Below, in pieces: positions 47,755 to 60,708 of a stretch of 64,000 bases of DNA. The position numbers and the translations under genes were made by a program. Within the stretch, counting starts at the first letter, position 1. Every line of letters starts with the position of its first letter. A model generated the notes under the pieces. It ran no database searches, was not told the DNA's origin, and worked only from the letters and a program-made list of their open reading frames with translations. The DNA comes from Zootoca vivipara (lineage: Eukaryota), in contig NC_083282.1 in assembly GCF_963506605.1 (NCBI RefSeq), positions 33,914,001 to 33,978,000 of the forward strand, written 5' to 3'.

Positions 47755-50677
47755 TCAAAGCATTCCTGACAGATGGCTGTCAAGCCTCTGCTTAAAGACC
47801 TCCAAAGAAGGAGACTCCACCACACTCCTTGGCAGCAAATTCCACTGCCGAACAGCTCTTACTGTCAGGAAGTTCTTCCTAATGTTTAGGTGGAATTTTC
47901 TTTCTTGTAGTTTGAATCCGTTGCTCCGTGTCCGCTTCTCTGGAGCAGCAGAAAACAACCGTTCTCCCTCCTCTATATGACATCCTTTTATATATTTGAA
48001 CATGGTTATCATATCACCCCTTAACCTTCTCTTCTCCAGGCTAAACATACCCAGCTCCCTAAGCCGTTCCTCATAAGGCATCGTTTCCAGGCCTTTGACC
48101 ATTTTGGTTGCCCTCTTCTGGACACGTTCCAGCTTATCAGTATCCTTCTTGAACTGTGGTGCCCAGAACTGGACACAATACTCCAGGTGAGGTCTGACCA
48201 GAGCAGAATACAGTGGTACTATTACTTCCCTTGATCTAGATGCTATACTCCTATTGATGCAGCCCAGAATTGCATTGGCTTTTTTAGCTGCTGCATCACA
48301 CTGCTGACTCATGTCAAGTTTGTGGTCAACCAAAACTCCTAGATCCTTTTCACATGTACTGCTCTCAAGCCAGGTGTCTCCCATCCTGTATTTGTGCCTT
48401 TCATTTTTTTTGCCCAAGTGTAGTACTTTACATTTCTCCTTGTTAAAATTCATCTTGTTTGCTTTGGCCCAGTTGTCTAATCTGTTAAGGTCATTCTGAA
48501 GTGTGATCCTGTCCTCTGGGGTGTTAGCCACCCCTCCCAATTTGGTGTCATCTGCAAACTTGCTCAGGATTTCCCTCAAGCCCATCATCCAAGTCATTGA
48601 TAAAGATGTTGAACAAGACTGGGCCCAAGACAGAACCCTGTGGCACCCCACTAGTCACTACTCTCCAGGATGAGGAGGAGCCATTGATGAGCACCCTTTG
48701 GGTTCGGTCAGTAAGCCAGCTACAAATCCACTGAATGGTAGCATTGTCTAGCCCACATTTTACCAGCTTCTTTACAAGAATACCATGGGGCACTTTGTCA
48801 AAGGCCTTGCTGAAATCAAGATAGGCTACATCCACAGCGTTCCCTTCATCTACCAGGCTTGTAATTCTGTCAAAAAATGAGATCAGATTAGTCTGACATG
48901 ACTTATTTTTCAGGAACCCATGCTGACTTTTAGTGATCACAGAGTTTCTTTCTAGGTGCTCACAGACTGTTTGCTTAATGATCTGCTCTAGAATCTTTCC
49001 TGGTATTGATGTCAGGCTGACTGGGCGGTAATTGTTTGGGTCCTCTCTTTTCCCCTTTTTGAAAATAGGGACAACATTTGCCCTCCTCCAGTCTGCTGGA
49101 ACTTCGCCTGTTCTCCAGGAATTTTCAAAGATTATTGCCAGTGGTTCTGAAATCACCTCTGCCAGTTCTTTTAATACTCTTGGATGTAGTTCATCTGGCC
49201 CTGGAGACTTGAATACATCTAAACTAGCCAAGTATTCTTGTACTACCTCCTTACTTATTCTGGGCTGTGTTTCCCCTGCTGAGTCATCTGCTCCATATTC
49301 TTCAGGTCGGGCGTTTTTTTCTTTCTTGGAGAAGACTGAGGCAAAGAAGGCATTGAGGAGTTCTGCCCTTTCTCTGTCCCCTGTTTGCATTTCACCATCT
49401 TCTCCTCTGAGTGACCCCACTGTTTCCTTGTTTTTCCTTTTGCTACGGACATACCCATAAAAGCCCTTTTTGTTGCTTTTAACCTCTCTGGCGAGCCTGA
49501 GTTCATTCTGTGCTTTAGCTTTTCTGACTTTGTCTCTACACGTGCTGGCTATATGTTTGAATTCCTCTCTGGAGATTTCCCCCCTTTTCCATTTTTTGTA
49601 CATATCCCTTTTAAATCTTAACTCAGTCAAAAGTTCTTTAGATAGCCAGCCTGGCTTCTTTAGGCACCTTCCATGTTTCCGTCTCATTGGTATTGCCTGA
49701 AGTTCTGCTTTTAATATCTCCCTTTTAACAAACTCCCAACCATCATGAACTCCCTTCCCTTTTAGTATTACTGTCCATGGGATTTCACCCAGCGTTTCCC
49801 TAAGTTTTCTGAAGTCGGCTTTCTTAAAGTCTAGAATTTGGACCTTAGTATGCTTGGTTGCTCCTTTCCGCTGGATAATAAACTCCAGAAGAGCATGGTC
49901 ACTCCCACCTAATGATCCTGCCACTTCTACCCCACTAACCAAGTCATCACTATTGGTTAGGACCAGATCTAAAATGGCTGATCCTCTTGTTGCTTCTCCC
50001 ACTTTCTGGACAATGAAGTTGTCTGCAAGGCCAGTGAGGAATCTGTTCGACCTTATGCTCTTGGCTGAGTTTGACATCCAACAAATATCAGGATAGTTGA
50101 AATCCCCCATTACTACTATCTCACTTCCTTTGGAATGCTTGGCCATCTGTTCCAGGAAGGCATCATCTGTGTCCTCAGTTTGGCTTGGGGATCTATAGTA
50201 AACTCCCACAATGAGATCACTGTTGTTTTTCTCTCCCTTAATTTTGACCCAGATACTCTCAATTTGGCTTTGAAGTTTTAAATCCTGGATCTCTTCACAG
50301 GTATACATATCCCTAACATATAAAGCTACTCCTCCTCCTTTCCTGTTTGGTCTATTTCTCTTAAATAGATTGTATCCCTCTATTACTACATTCCAGTCAT
50401 GAGACTCATCCCACCAGGTTTCAGTGATGCCTATTATGTCATATTTAGTTTGCTGTACCAAGAGCTCAAGTTCATCTTGTTTATTTCCCATGCTCTGTGC
50501 ATTAGTATACAGACATTGAAGACCGTTGATCATTCCCCCATGTCTCTTATTTAAGGATATTTTCGTCCCACCACTAGGTCTGCATGCTGCTTGCTCCATT
50601 TGGTCCTTGACATTCGGATGATCATCTTCAGCATTTGATAGACTCCTACCTTCAGGACCACTGTCTCCCTCCCCCAC
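47755..50677 (-). pseudogene. CR1 ORF2 (AP endonuclease + reverse transcriptase) with one +1 frameshift
   Basis: [36 protein letters not shown] and [19 protein letters not shown] in ORF 48548-50677. Continues as [10 protein letters not shown] in ORF 47755-48651 after an extra base at about 48570-48572. Confidence 0.9.
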
Positions 50678-50682
50678 ATAAG

Positions 50683-51198
50683 TCAGTTTAAAGCCCTCCT
50701 GATGAGGTTTTTGAGTTTCGTGGCAAAAACATTCCTCCCAACTTTTGTGAGGTGCAGTCCATCACTTGCCAGAAGTCCATCTTCAAGAAACTGCAGACCG
50801 TGATCTAGGAATCCAAACCGTTCCTGTTTGCACCATTTGCGAAGCCAGTGGTTCACTTCCCCTATTTTTCCCTCTCTCCCTGGGCCATGTCGTTCAACTG
50901 GGAGGACAGAAGAGATGACAATTTGTGCATCTAATTGCTTCAACTTCCTGCCCAGAGCCTCATAATCATTTTTGATCTTCTGTAAGCTATGGCTTGCAGT
51001 GTCATTGGTTCCCACATGCACCAAAAGGAAGGGGTATTTGTCGGTGGGTTTTATGATTCCTTGCAGCCGTTCTGTTACATCTTTGATCTTGGCCCCAGGT
51101 AGACAGCACACCTCTCGAGACATCTTGTCAGGCCCACAGATTACTGCTTCTGTACCCCTCAGTAGGGAATCCCCAATCACCACTACTCGCCTCTTCAT
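50683..51198 (-). CDS. CR1 ORF1 C-terminal SGNH/GDSL esterase-like domain (5'-truncated)
   Basis: [28 protein letters not shown] and DGLHL motifs. Residues upstream of 51198 in the ORF track are flanking DNA. Confidence 0.85.
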   Translation of the reverse strand: MKRRVVVIGDSLLRGTEAVICGPDKMSREVCCLPGAKIKDVTERLQGIIKPTDKYPFLLVHVGTNDTASHSLQKIKNDYEALGRKLKQLDAQIVISSVLPVERHGPGREGKIGEVNHWLRKWCKQERFGFLDHGLQFLEDGLLASDGLHLTKVGRNVFATKLKNLIRRALN

Positions 51199-51666
51199 AG
51201 GTAAATGAGTTTCTCTCATGGTAAATGAGTTTCTTTCGCTTTGTGAATGTGTACTTGGAATCCATGGTTGGCTGTGACATCCCAAGATTGTGTTTATACA
51301 TAGTGGAAAGTATATGCACATTTGTCACATGACAGGAACAAATATGTACACTTTTTCTGACATAGAAGTGCTTTTCATGTCAGAATAGTAAAAATTGAAG
51401 CATCCCTTTGGTGTGCTTATGTATGTACAAGTCCAAGTGTTTCAGAAGATGTGAAAAGATACATGTCATCATTAGTGTCAGACAATCAACAGAGATTATT
51501 CTCTGTATGGTTTCAAATAATGGAGGAAATCAGAAACTAGTTAGGGAAATGACAGAAGTCATTTGTTCATTATGAATTCTTTGTTCATCTCTATTTGTCT
51601 GTACCACAGTGAGCTGAAGATATGTCGTCTCAATTTAATTAGTGATTTTGAAGAAGCTAAACCTAC

Positions 51667-51791
51667 CACATCAACTCCAGGCTTCCCTGGAGGCAATTTT
51701 GGACGAGATGGGGGTCTAGGTGGAGGAGGTGGGGGAGTAGGGCTGCTGCAGGATGCCAACGGGGTTGCAGGTCGAGCAGGAGATGATGAAC
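51667..51791 (-). CDS. SGIP1: SGIP1 exon (proline-rich)
   Basis: tttcag|GT...GTG|gtaggt; 125 nt; (G)[41 protein letters not shown]. Confidence 0.93.
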
Positions 51792-54495
51792 CTGAAATAA
51801 ACGCACACTATAAATATGGTGTTGAGCTGTCCTTACTGCAGTTCTTACCCACCTTTATCAAAACTCCCAACACAGAGCAGACCATCAAGCAAACAGTTGC
51901 CCAAGCAGTTTTTGACTTAGGCTGGCAGCTATTGCATAACAAGACAACTCATATGTGTAGATGGGAATTGGATAAGATCAGAAAGTTGCTAAGTCACAAT
52001 AAAAACAGAAAAGCTTATTTTCCTGCTATTATGCCCATGGAAGTTTCACGTGCTCTTGGCAATGACGATATTGTGACTACAGTTAATGCACCGCTCCTAC
52101 ATAAACTTCTTTAACTTAAATGAGGAAGCAGCACTTGGTGAAGTGAACCCACTTTAGATGAAAAAGTGATGTCTAAAAATTCAAAAATATTGAAGTTTTT
52201 TGGGGGGTATTTCTGAAACTTACCCATTCCTTATTATGCTCTTGCAATAAAAGCATAATGTGTTCTTGTTATGCAAACATAAGTGGTGCTACAACAGAAC
52301 GTGATGATGTAACAATGGAATACCGATTTATTCTTAGGGAACAATGGTGTACAAAGAGACAAGCCTTGCACAATTATTTTCATGTGATTGTAACTGTAAG
52401 ATGCTAGCAAATAAGAGAATAGCTAAGAACACCAGAAAATAGCTAAGAACACTAGAATGGTGAAAAGACTGATGTTACAACGACTTGGAATAAAATGCAG
52501 ATATTTAAGAAATTGAAAAATAATCTCTCTTCCAAAGTGTATAATGGTTTTTTCATATCATCATTGATGACTACTGAACAAAAAAGGAGGTTAAACTACA
52601 AAATGGAAGATTATTTAAATGGCAGTTTAATAGTTATTGATACGTATCAAAACACAGTTCAGCAATTCCATAGCAACTTACTATGCCAAAATAGGATAAA
52701 TGTTTTCTAAACTTAAGAGTAGGATATAACAATAGAAAATGACTAAGAGCCCAGGTTACCTTCAGTGGCATCTAAGCTACAACAGTGTTGCTCCTTTGCA
52801 CCTGCTTGGAAACATCAAAAGTCTGCTGTCACAGGAGGAATTCCTGCTGTGTCTTCTTCCCATTCTAGCATTATTCTTCCTGGAAGTTGGAATAATAGTA
52901 GCATGGGAAGGACTCACAGCACGGACTCCTTGTACATACTGTGAACATATGACAGATGTTACTGAGTGACACAAGAAGGAGCTATGCTGCAGTAGCTCTC
53001 ATGCTGCTAAAGGTAGCAAACAACACCCCTTCTTTATTGGGTCATTCTGGTGTGTGACATTTTGTACATGTCCCTCCTTCCTCCCAAGATTAAAATGGCA
53101 GGTATTTGTGAATGGTAAAAGGCAAAGCCGTATCCCAAATAGAAAAAGGAAGGGGAATACATTCCATATTCAACAGACCACCAATTCCTAAGTCATTCAG
53201 TCCTTTAAAAGTGAAACAAGATATTTTACATCCAAGTTGTGTATGGGTTGGTTTTTATCATATCAGCATTACAGTGTTGATCGTAAGCACTGACTGCATT
53301 ACATGCTTCATGCAGTCAATGGAACACGCACACAAAACACACAGCTATCAGAAGATGACTGATGGAGCCTTAAAAATATAGGGCTAGATGATTATGTAAT
53401 GATGCTGCATTTGCTAAGCATGCCCTAAACGCTTCCTTGCTTAACGTAAATTCTTGGAAAAGCCTTGGCCGTTTAAAATATTTTGTATTTATTGGTGCAT
53501 GTAAAATTCCATGGTGCCAAGTACCAAGTTCTGTGCACTCAAACCACTATTTCCCCTCCTCGTTAAAACAACATAAAACCCCAATTATGCTAAAGATGCA
53601 CCACACAAATACCGGTATTAATCCCAGATTACTGAAAAACAAATTATGGCAGCATGTGTGATCCAGTCTCAGAGAGCTACCAGATTTGTGTCCTATGAAA
53701 CTTCAGTGAAACAGATGGAAGTTTTGTAAGAACTCATCTGTCACCTTGGTGATCAACTAAAAGAGGACCTCTTACTACATGAACAACATTAGAGTTTTAC
53801 ATCTAGATGTTAAAAAACGAAACCTTTATAACGCCTTGTAACAAAATCAGCTGATATCTTAAAATAAATACGGTAATCTTTTTCCATTTCAGCACCAGAC
53901 CTAGGTAGGTTTCAATGTTTTCTACATCCATGGCATTTCATAGCAAGAATAAATTCAATTAAAATTCATTTAGTTTGCTAATCTTGAATCTGTAAACCAT
54001 GGAAAAGACTCTACTTTGAAACTAAAGTCCAATCAAGTTGCCGTTTTGGTGATAATTAAAACCTTTCTTATGAGTTATTAAGTGAATCTGATCAGCTTCC
54101 TGTTTGAGCTCTACTAAAGAGTTAAGAAAAGAGGTGGCATAAATCCTCATACTTGCCCTGTATTGGGTCTCATTATTCTTAGTGGGCCTTGCATCTGCCT
54201 AAAATATGCAGAATATTAAAGACAGGCTGTCCACACTTGGAAATATACAGACGAGCTCTAGTGAGAGCGCACACAGAGAAAGCTCTCCCACTTTCAGCAA
54301 CTTGTCTGAGTACCTAACTTAAGAAGCATGCACTCATTAAAACTCCCCCAAACCAGAACTACATCACATAGGTTTTTAAGTTAGGTAGGGAATGAGCCCT
54401 GGGAAAGAAATGAGTGTATGTATGCATGCATGCCTAAATCATTCTAGGTATCCTTTTCTCCTTATGTGGATTTATGAAAAGTTCTCTGCCTAAGG

Positions 54496-54631
54496 CAGGC
54501 TTCCTCAAACTCGGCCCTTCAGATGTTTTGAGACTACAATTCCCACCATCCCTGACCACTGGTCCTGCTAGCTAGGATTCATGGGAGTTGTAGGCCAAAA
54601 ACATCTGGAGGGCCAAGGTTGAGGAAGCCTG
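54496..54631. mobile_element. Palindromic hAT-type MITE (about 135 bp)
   Basis: TIRs CAGGCTTCCTCAA / TTGAGGAAGCCTG; perfect TSD GCCTAAGG; same core as the copies at 8233 and 35456. Confidence 0.85.
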
Positions 54632-56002
54632 GCCTAAGGGCTACCAAATTACCTCTCTTGTCCCCAATGGCTCTCAGAGAGCTGCATGCACAGTAGACAA
54701 TGCAAAGACTATCGTTCACACTTGCATATCTTCTGAGTTACTTATGCAATTCTATTCATATCTCCCCAGAAGTAAATCATCTCAAGTACAATGGAATTTA
54801 CTTTCAGGCAAGTTTGTATAGGACTGCAGCCCTAAGGTGTGTGGGAGGATGTGCAGCATGTTTGCTAGATAGTCACAGACAGGGGATTCCATGATGTCAT
54901 ATCCTCTAAACCTTTGTGGTAGGAAGGGGGAAAATAGAACCCTTAACCTCTACTTCTTCCTGTCACTATGAAATCTTTTTTCCTACCTGCAATGGGGGAA
55001 GACATAACAACAATATCAAACTATAGTTCCCAGGATTCTTTGGAGGAATCCATCTGCCTTGAATCTGCATTAATTGTATTGTGTGGCTACGACCTTTACA
55101 AAATGTTGAATTTGCTGTTGAGATGCTTTAACATTTCTTTGATAGAAAATTCCAGATTAACTTTATGGTTTTTAATCTGTAGCGAAGAACAGGAGAAGAG
55201 CCTCGTGGATCAGGCCAATGGCCCATCTAGTCCAGTCCTAAACCCAGGACCTGAGCACATCAGCACTCTTCTGACTTGTGTTCTTAAACAACTAGTTTTC
55301 AGATGCATCCTGCCTCCAACAGTGGAGGCCGAATACAGATATCATGGCCAGTAGCTGTAGATAGCTCCATGAATTGGCAGAATAAATGCCTGCTACGCAA
55401 GCACAAGATCCTTCCTAGTTGTGGTACAGTATTTCCATCATATTGTTCATAGATTGCACCCAGCTCTAAATTGGAAGGGTAAGAAGAAAGCCTATTAAAA
55501 GCTTCACTGGTTTTCTGAGGAAGGTCAAGAAGATTCTGTAGTTCCTTAGCAAAAGGAGTATCTTTGATCATCACTTCCTCTTGGAGAAAAACGAGGAGCT
55601 GCCCTTTCCTTGAGGGGCAGAAGCTAAGCATGGTTGTACATTGGTAGAAGACAGAGTTTTAACTAGTTGCTTTGTAGCTTAGGAAGTTTTATAAATTCAC
55701 CTTAAACTCTTAAGGTAATAGCTTTTCTAACTATGTCTGGTACTAAAGACATAACGCTCTCCTGTAAACACCAGACATTCAGCAATGGCAGGGAAAGAAC
55801 ACACAGTATCAAGGGTTCAAGGTTAAATTGGACCACGAGAGCACAGAATAAAAAGAAAATAAAAGAAGCCACGGGGCACAGTACAATCAAACAATGACTG
55901 ATGCTTAAAAGCCAACCAACTAAGAGTAGCTAAAAAGGTTTTGTGTTCACACGGCAGCATTCATGGCCACATTGAAGCACACTCAAAGCTGTTTAGACAT
56001 AC

Positions 56003-56458
56003 CACTGGTGCTTCCTGTGCCACCGCCAGAGCTGGGTCCGGGTGACGACACCACTGTTCTGTAGGTAGGTGGTGGAGGGGGAGGTGGCGTTGCTCTCTGT
56101 CCCACCCCAAAATCTTTAGGAGATGCTGCTGGTGCTAAGTTATCATCTTTAACGTGGGTCTGCTCAGAAACTTTCTTCTGAACCTCTTCTAAATTGAGTG
56201 GAGATGGAACACTGCGAGAGGTTTCAGCCTCTGGAGGCTCATCTGGGGTTTCTGATGCCACAGGTGGGGACACCACCTTTTCCCGTGAAGTCACCTCTGA
56301 AGTTACGTTTTCCGGGGACTGATCAGAAAAACTGATCCACTTATCCTCCGCGTCAGCAGCAACAGACTTGGGGGATAATACTGGGCCAAAAATGGTATCC
56401 AAGTCATTGATTGATGGTAGTTTGTCACTTTTGACCTCTGTTGCTGTCTGGTCATTTC
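56003..56458 (-). CDS. SGIP1: SGIP1 large proline-rich exon
   Basis: cacag|GA...AGT G|gtatgt; 456 nt, symmetric phase 1; (G)[30 protein letters not shown]...[21 protein letters not shown]...TS(G). Confidence 0.94.
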
Positions 56459-58990
56459 CTGTGGTCAAAGTAGTTGATTTTAAACTTTAACATCAACTTG
56501 TACAGCAGCTAAGTTGTACTAATGTTCTACGTAAGTATGGGGCTTTTAAAATCAGCTACATTCTAGCACAGACATTTTCATAACGTATTTTAAGGTGCTA
56601 CTAGGAACACAATTCATGTGCACAAATATATACATAATAGGGTATGATATATAAATACACAAACACACACACACACAAATATTAAAGTGTGTTCCATGTT
56701 GACCTGCATGTAAATATGCTGTCTACTACGTATCTTGTTCATACAAATATACCCAAATGGAGCTATTTTTATCTAGGAAAATTGCTTGCTAGGGAAAACC
56801 CACAGAGTGCCTTTATTAGGAACAAAATGGTAAAGTAACTTGAAATTCAAGCATGATGACTTGCATGTAGATAAGCATATTTGTGCTGTGCAGTATACAC
56901 TGTGGGATCATCTTAGCATGACCAATGATAATATAGATGATCAAAGGGCTCTATTCTTGAGTTGAACAATCATTATCATCTATAATTTCTGGGCAAATGG
57001 AGCGCCTTCTTAATGGAAAGGAAACCAATTTGGCATTTCCCCCTCTCCTCCAGGGCTGGAAGGCAATTTGTAGAAGAAGAAAAAAGCTATATGAAGGATA
57101 TATAAAGAGTGTATTATAAGCTTTGTTGCATTTAGGAGCATCTGAAAATTACCACTCTTTTTCTAAAAGCACTAGGTATGATCTAGAAACTTCCACTTCT
57201 CTTCTATGCCTTAAAGTATGCATTCTGTCCTGTGATTAGGTGCTCACCGGATCCTATAAAAAAAAGTTAAGTGAACTAAAGTCCCACTGAAGTCAGTAGG
57301 CATTTCAGAATGCTTTTTTTCTGGATTGCATCCAGTGGTTACAGTTTTGTCATTCTAACCCCATACTATGCACACATAATGAGAATGCTTGTGTGAACAT
57401 AGAGATGCATTTTTTCCATAGAATATCCATTCTTTCCATTGCCCTAGAACCACTGAATGAGCAGCTTGTCATGGTTTATGCATATGACTGTCCAGTCATC
57501 TCTTTAGTCCACAAATGCTGCATGCGGCTTTGATTCTGCAAAACTGTCTGTTGAATCTTTATCTGTAAATTCAATCTAAAAGGAGTATGGGAAAATTACA
57601 TTTCATGTCATATTGTCTTGTAGAAAACTTTATTTTACCAATTAATGTAACGTTTGCTGGTAGGGAAAAAAAATCCTATTTTCTTTTTGGCTCTGTTCAT
57701 GATTCGCATAAAATGCACAGTAAGTTAACCTGGGGAATAAATGATCACACATGGATGTGCATTTCATTTGCGTTATATTCACCCAGCATAGATACAGGGC
57801 TGGAGGTTGGGAATTGCAGTGTTTATATGAATAAAACAGCAATGAACAGAGGACACAATTTGTAATTCAAAAGTTATAGACAGTTGAAGCGATATACCCT
57901 TAAAACATCAAGTCTGCAAGTATTGTTGTACAAGGTAATGTTTATGTTGCATACTGTGCTAATCTTTTTAGAAGCCATCTTTGTGTTTTCTCATTTAAGC
58001 AAAGCAATTCATGCTCAAATTCACAAGTCAGTTAATACAGCTAACGATGTTCACTTGCAACATGAATTATATGCTGGTAAGCTCCTTATTTCTTGTCTCT
58101 GAGTAACACAATCACTTGGATCCCGAGTATCCTTTCAAGAGTTCACATTCAGAGAACAGGGTTTTCCACCTCTCACTTTCCTCTGCAGCCTCCTATGTCC
58201 CAAAAATATAATTCTGGAGAATGGAGGAGGTATGAGAACCATGTGGGCTGCTGATGGAGGGGGAGGGGAGATAAACCATTCCTGCCCTTGCACGACTTGG
58301 ATCCTAAGTTGTTTCTCTGTTTGTGCCAAAGGTAGGAGTGGATTTATCTCACCTTGCACGAACAGAGCAACAACTTAGGACCCAAGTCGTGAAGAAACAT
58401 GATGTCAAGAAACATTCCTATATCATTTTAACTACATTAACTCATAGTTCTGTATGAAGACCATACTGCTAAGATATAACCTTTATTATTCTGGATTACA
58501 TCTAGGCCTAAGTGTGCTGAGATTCATGACGAGCTCACTCAAGTTCCTCCGACTTTTCTTCTTACCCAAACTAGGTATAACACAAATTATATGTATTGCC
58601 AAATTGTTAATACAATATGTTACTACCATAGCTATACTTTTGTGGGAAACGTGTTCAATATCTGAATACAACACAGACAGCAGAAATCATTTAACAATCT
58701 CTAAAGGGTTTAGAAAAAAAGATTATCCACTACTTAGGCTTGTACTTCTTTTTTTGCTGAAGAAAGAAAATCTGCTATGGTATCTGAAGGCAGATGAAAA
58801 TATTAAATGCCTGGATATCACATATGCATAAAATGCATCTAATTAGATGATTGTTATTAGGAAATGATTAAAAGGTTTCATATTCTGTTCACATTACAAA
58901 TTATAATTTGCACTGAATAGAAACACAGTTACTTTGCAGTAAAGCAGAGATCTTACACATCTAAAAGTCATTTATGCTGAACATACTTAC

Positions 58991-59065
58991 CTACTCCAAC
59001 TGTTAAAGGAGAACCAGTGCGGGGAGGTGTAGCTGGAATATTCTTAGGTGGAAGAGGTGGAGGTG
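58991..59065 (-). CDS. SGIP1: SGIP1 exon
   Basis: ctcacag|CA...GTA G|gtaagt; 75 nt; (T)[24 protein letters not shown](G). Confidence 0.92.
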
Positions 59066-59159
59066 CTGTGAGCCAAATGGAAGAATTTTAAGTTAAGAAT
59101 GAACAACATTCGTTCAATAAATAAATAAATATAAACTCACAGTCATATCTAGAGATTCA

Positions 59160-59352
59160 ACCTGACAGTAAGAGCTGTTCGGCAGTGGAATTTGCTACCA
59201 AGGAGTGTGGTGGAGTCTCCTTCTTTGGAGGTCTTTAAGCAGAGGCTTGGCAGGCATATGTCAAGAATGCTTTGATGGTGTTTCCTGCTCGGCAGGGGGT
59301 TGGACTGGATGGCCCTTGTGGTCTCTTCCAACTCTATGATTCCATGATTCTA
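59160..59352 (+). mobile_element. Short 3' fragment of the same young CR1 family
   Basis: Near-identical reverse complement of 47668-47870, including the CTATGATTC tail. Confidence 0.9.
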
Positions 59353-60266
59353 ACCAAATGATGGCTGAGATCCAAAGTCTGTTCCACAAGTGGAAGCCTA
59401 ATTTTTGCCAATTCCCTCCTCTAGCTGCAGCCACTACATTTCATGCCATGCTGTCCAGGAGGGTCCCTGAAACCTCAGAAGCAGCCTTCTGGTCTGACTG
59501 CAATGGAAGGACCAAGACCCGTTGTGTGAATGGAATTCTGATTGCGTTTCTCTGTATCCGCTACAGTCACAGGGTTGGGAAGCACAATTGTATTGGGGAG
59601 GTAAATTCAAGTAAACTTCACATGACTGTGTGTAAGGGTACATGTGCACTTCTCCATCCCCAGCTTCTACCTATTGCTGCAGGTGGCCCTTGAGAGCAAA
59701 AAGTGTTGCTCATCCCTGTAGGAGAAGATAGGTTTTTAAAAAATCCCTCTTCTCCCCCGATCACCATTATGAGTTGGCAGCACATGCCGCAGAGTCTCAG
59801 CACCAGGAATCACCTGCCTTTTGTTGTGGTTGATATTTTATGAGATGACAACTTTCTTGTTTTCGGTCTCCAGAGTGAACTATATGTTTTAAAATGAATG
59901 TTGTTAACTTTTATTCTGCTTTTCCACATCCACAAATCCAATTTTTGGTTCTTATTAGGAGCTTGTGTATTTATGGCATGCTGCACTGGTTGCTAGGTGA
60001 CTTGTCTTTCGGATAGGAAGGAGTCAGGTTTAGCTTTGCAAATTGAGACGAGGCTTTTCTCCCCAGGGACTCCGAATCGTCTCTTTGCCTTTTCTGAAAG
60101 CTGGGTTTCCAATGCATAATTCAACTAATATCTCTTTGCTTCCATGACAGTATAATGAGCAATAACCCTCAACATTGCCACTTCCATCTCACGTTTCAGT
60201 GTTTTGTAGTGAAAAACAAAATGAAAAAGCCCAACAATTTTTCAAATAGGAGATGCCTCAACTTAC

Positions 60267-60359
60267 TTCCAGATGGAAAAGGTCGTGATGAATTCGGTGA
60301 TTCTACACTTGGACTTGCTGGCTGCACAGAACCCCAGACCTCAGTGTGATCTAAGGGAG
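60267..60359 (-). CDS. SGIP1: SGIP1 exon
   Basis: acttcag|CT...GGA A|gtaagt; 93 nt; (A)PLDHTEVWGSVQPASPSVESPNSSRPFPSG. Confidence 0.88.
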
Positions 60360-60653
60360 CTGAAGTCACAGACATATAACATGATGCATACAAATCTAGA
60401 AGTAACATGAGAACTTAATTCCAAACAGAGCTTCTCTTTAGCAGCATCAGTTGAATCTAACACTGAACTGTAGGAGTGACTTGATAGATTACGGCAGGAG
60501 GAAAATGAGAAGAGAATGTAACGAGAATATGAACTTTTTGGAAATAAACTGTTAATAACCATTTTTCAAAATGAATTTCAGTGCTGGGAAATGCATATAC
60601 CACCAAATCCGTGAATACCATTCCGAGTGTCTTTCTGCCCTGGATGTGCGCGT

Positions 60654-60654
<1 letters not shown>

Positions 60655-60708
<54 letters not shown>
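60655..60708. repeat. Compound (CA)n(GA)n microsatellite
   Basis: CA run followed directly by a GA run. Confidence 0.9.

Larger units (their letters stand above)
47667..51198 (-). mobile_element. Young CR1 LINE, 5'-truncated within ORF1 (about 3.5 kb)
   Basis: ORF1 esterase fragment, ORF2 endonuclease plus RT, and a 3' terminal (ATTCTATG)n octamer tail (seen as CATAGAAT repeats at 47668-47698). Confidence 0.95.

Noticed and set aside
51563-52114. 183-aa plus-strand ORF
   Set aside because: Antisense shadow of the proline-rich SGIP1 exon plus intron; no homology evident.
53875-53910. Plus-strand 12-nt micro-exon-like pattern (ttttccatttcag|CACCAGACCTAG|gtaggt)
   Set aside because: Antisense to SGIP1 with no evidence for a plus-strand host transcript.
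54148-54198. Possible minus-strand cassette exon
   Set aside because: In-frame TAA in the required phase and a weak pyrimidine tract.
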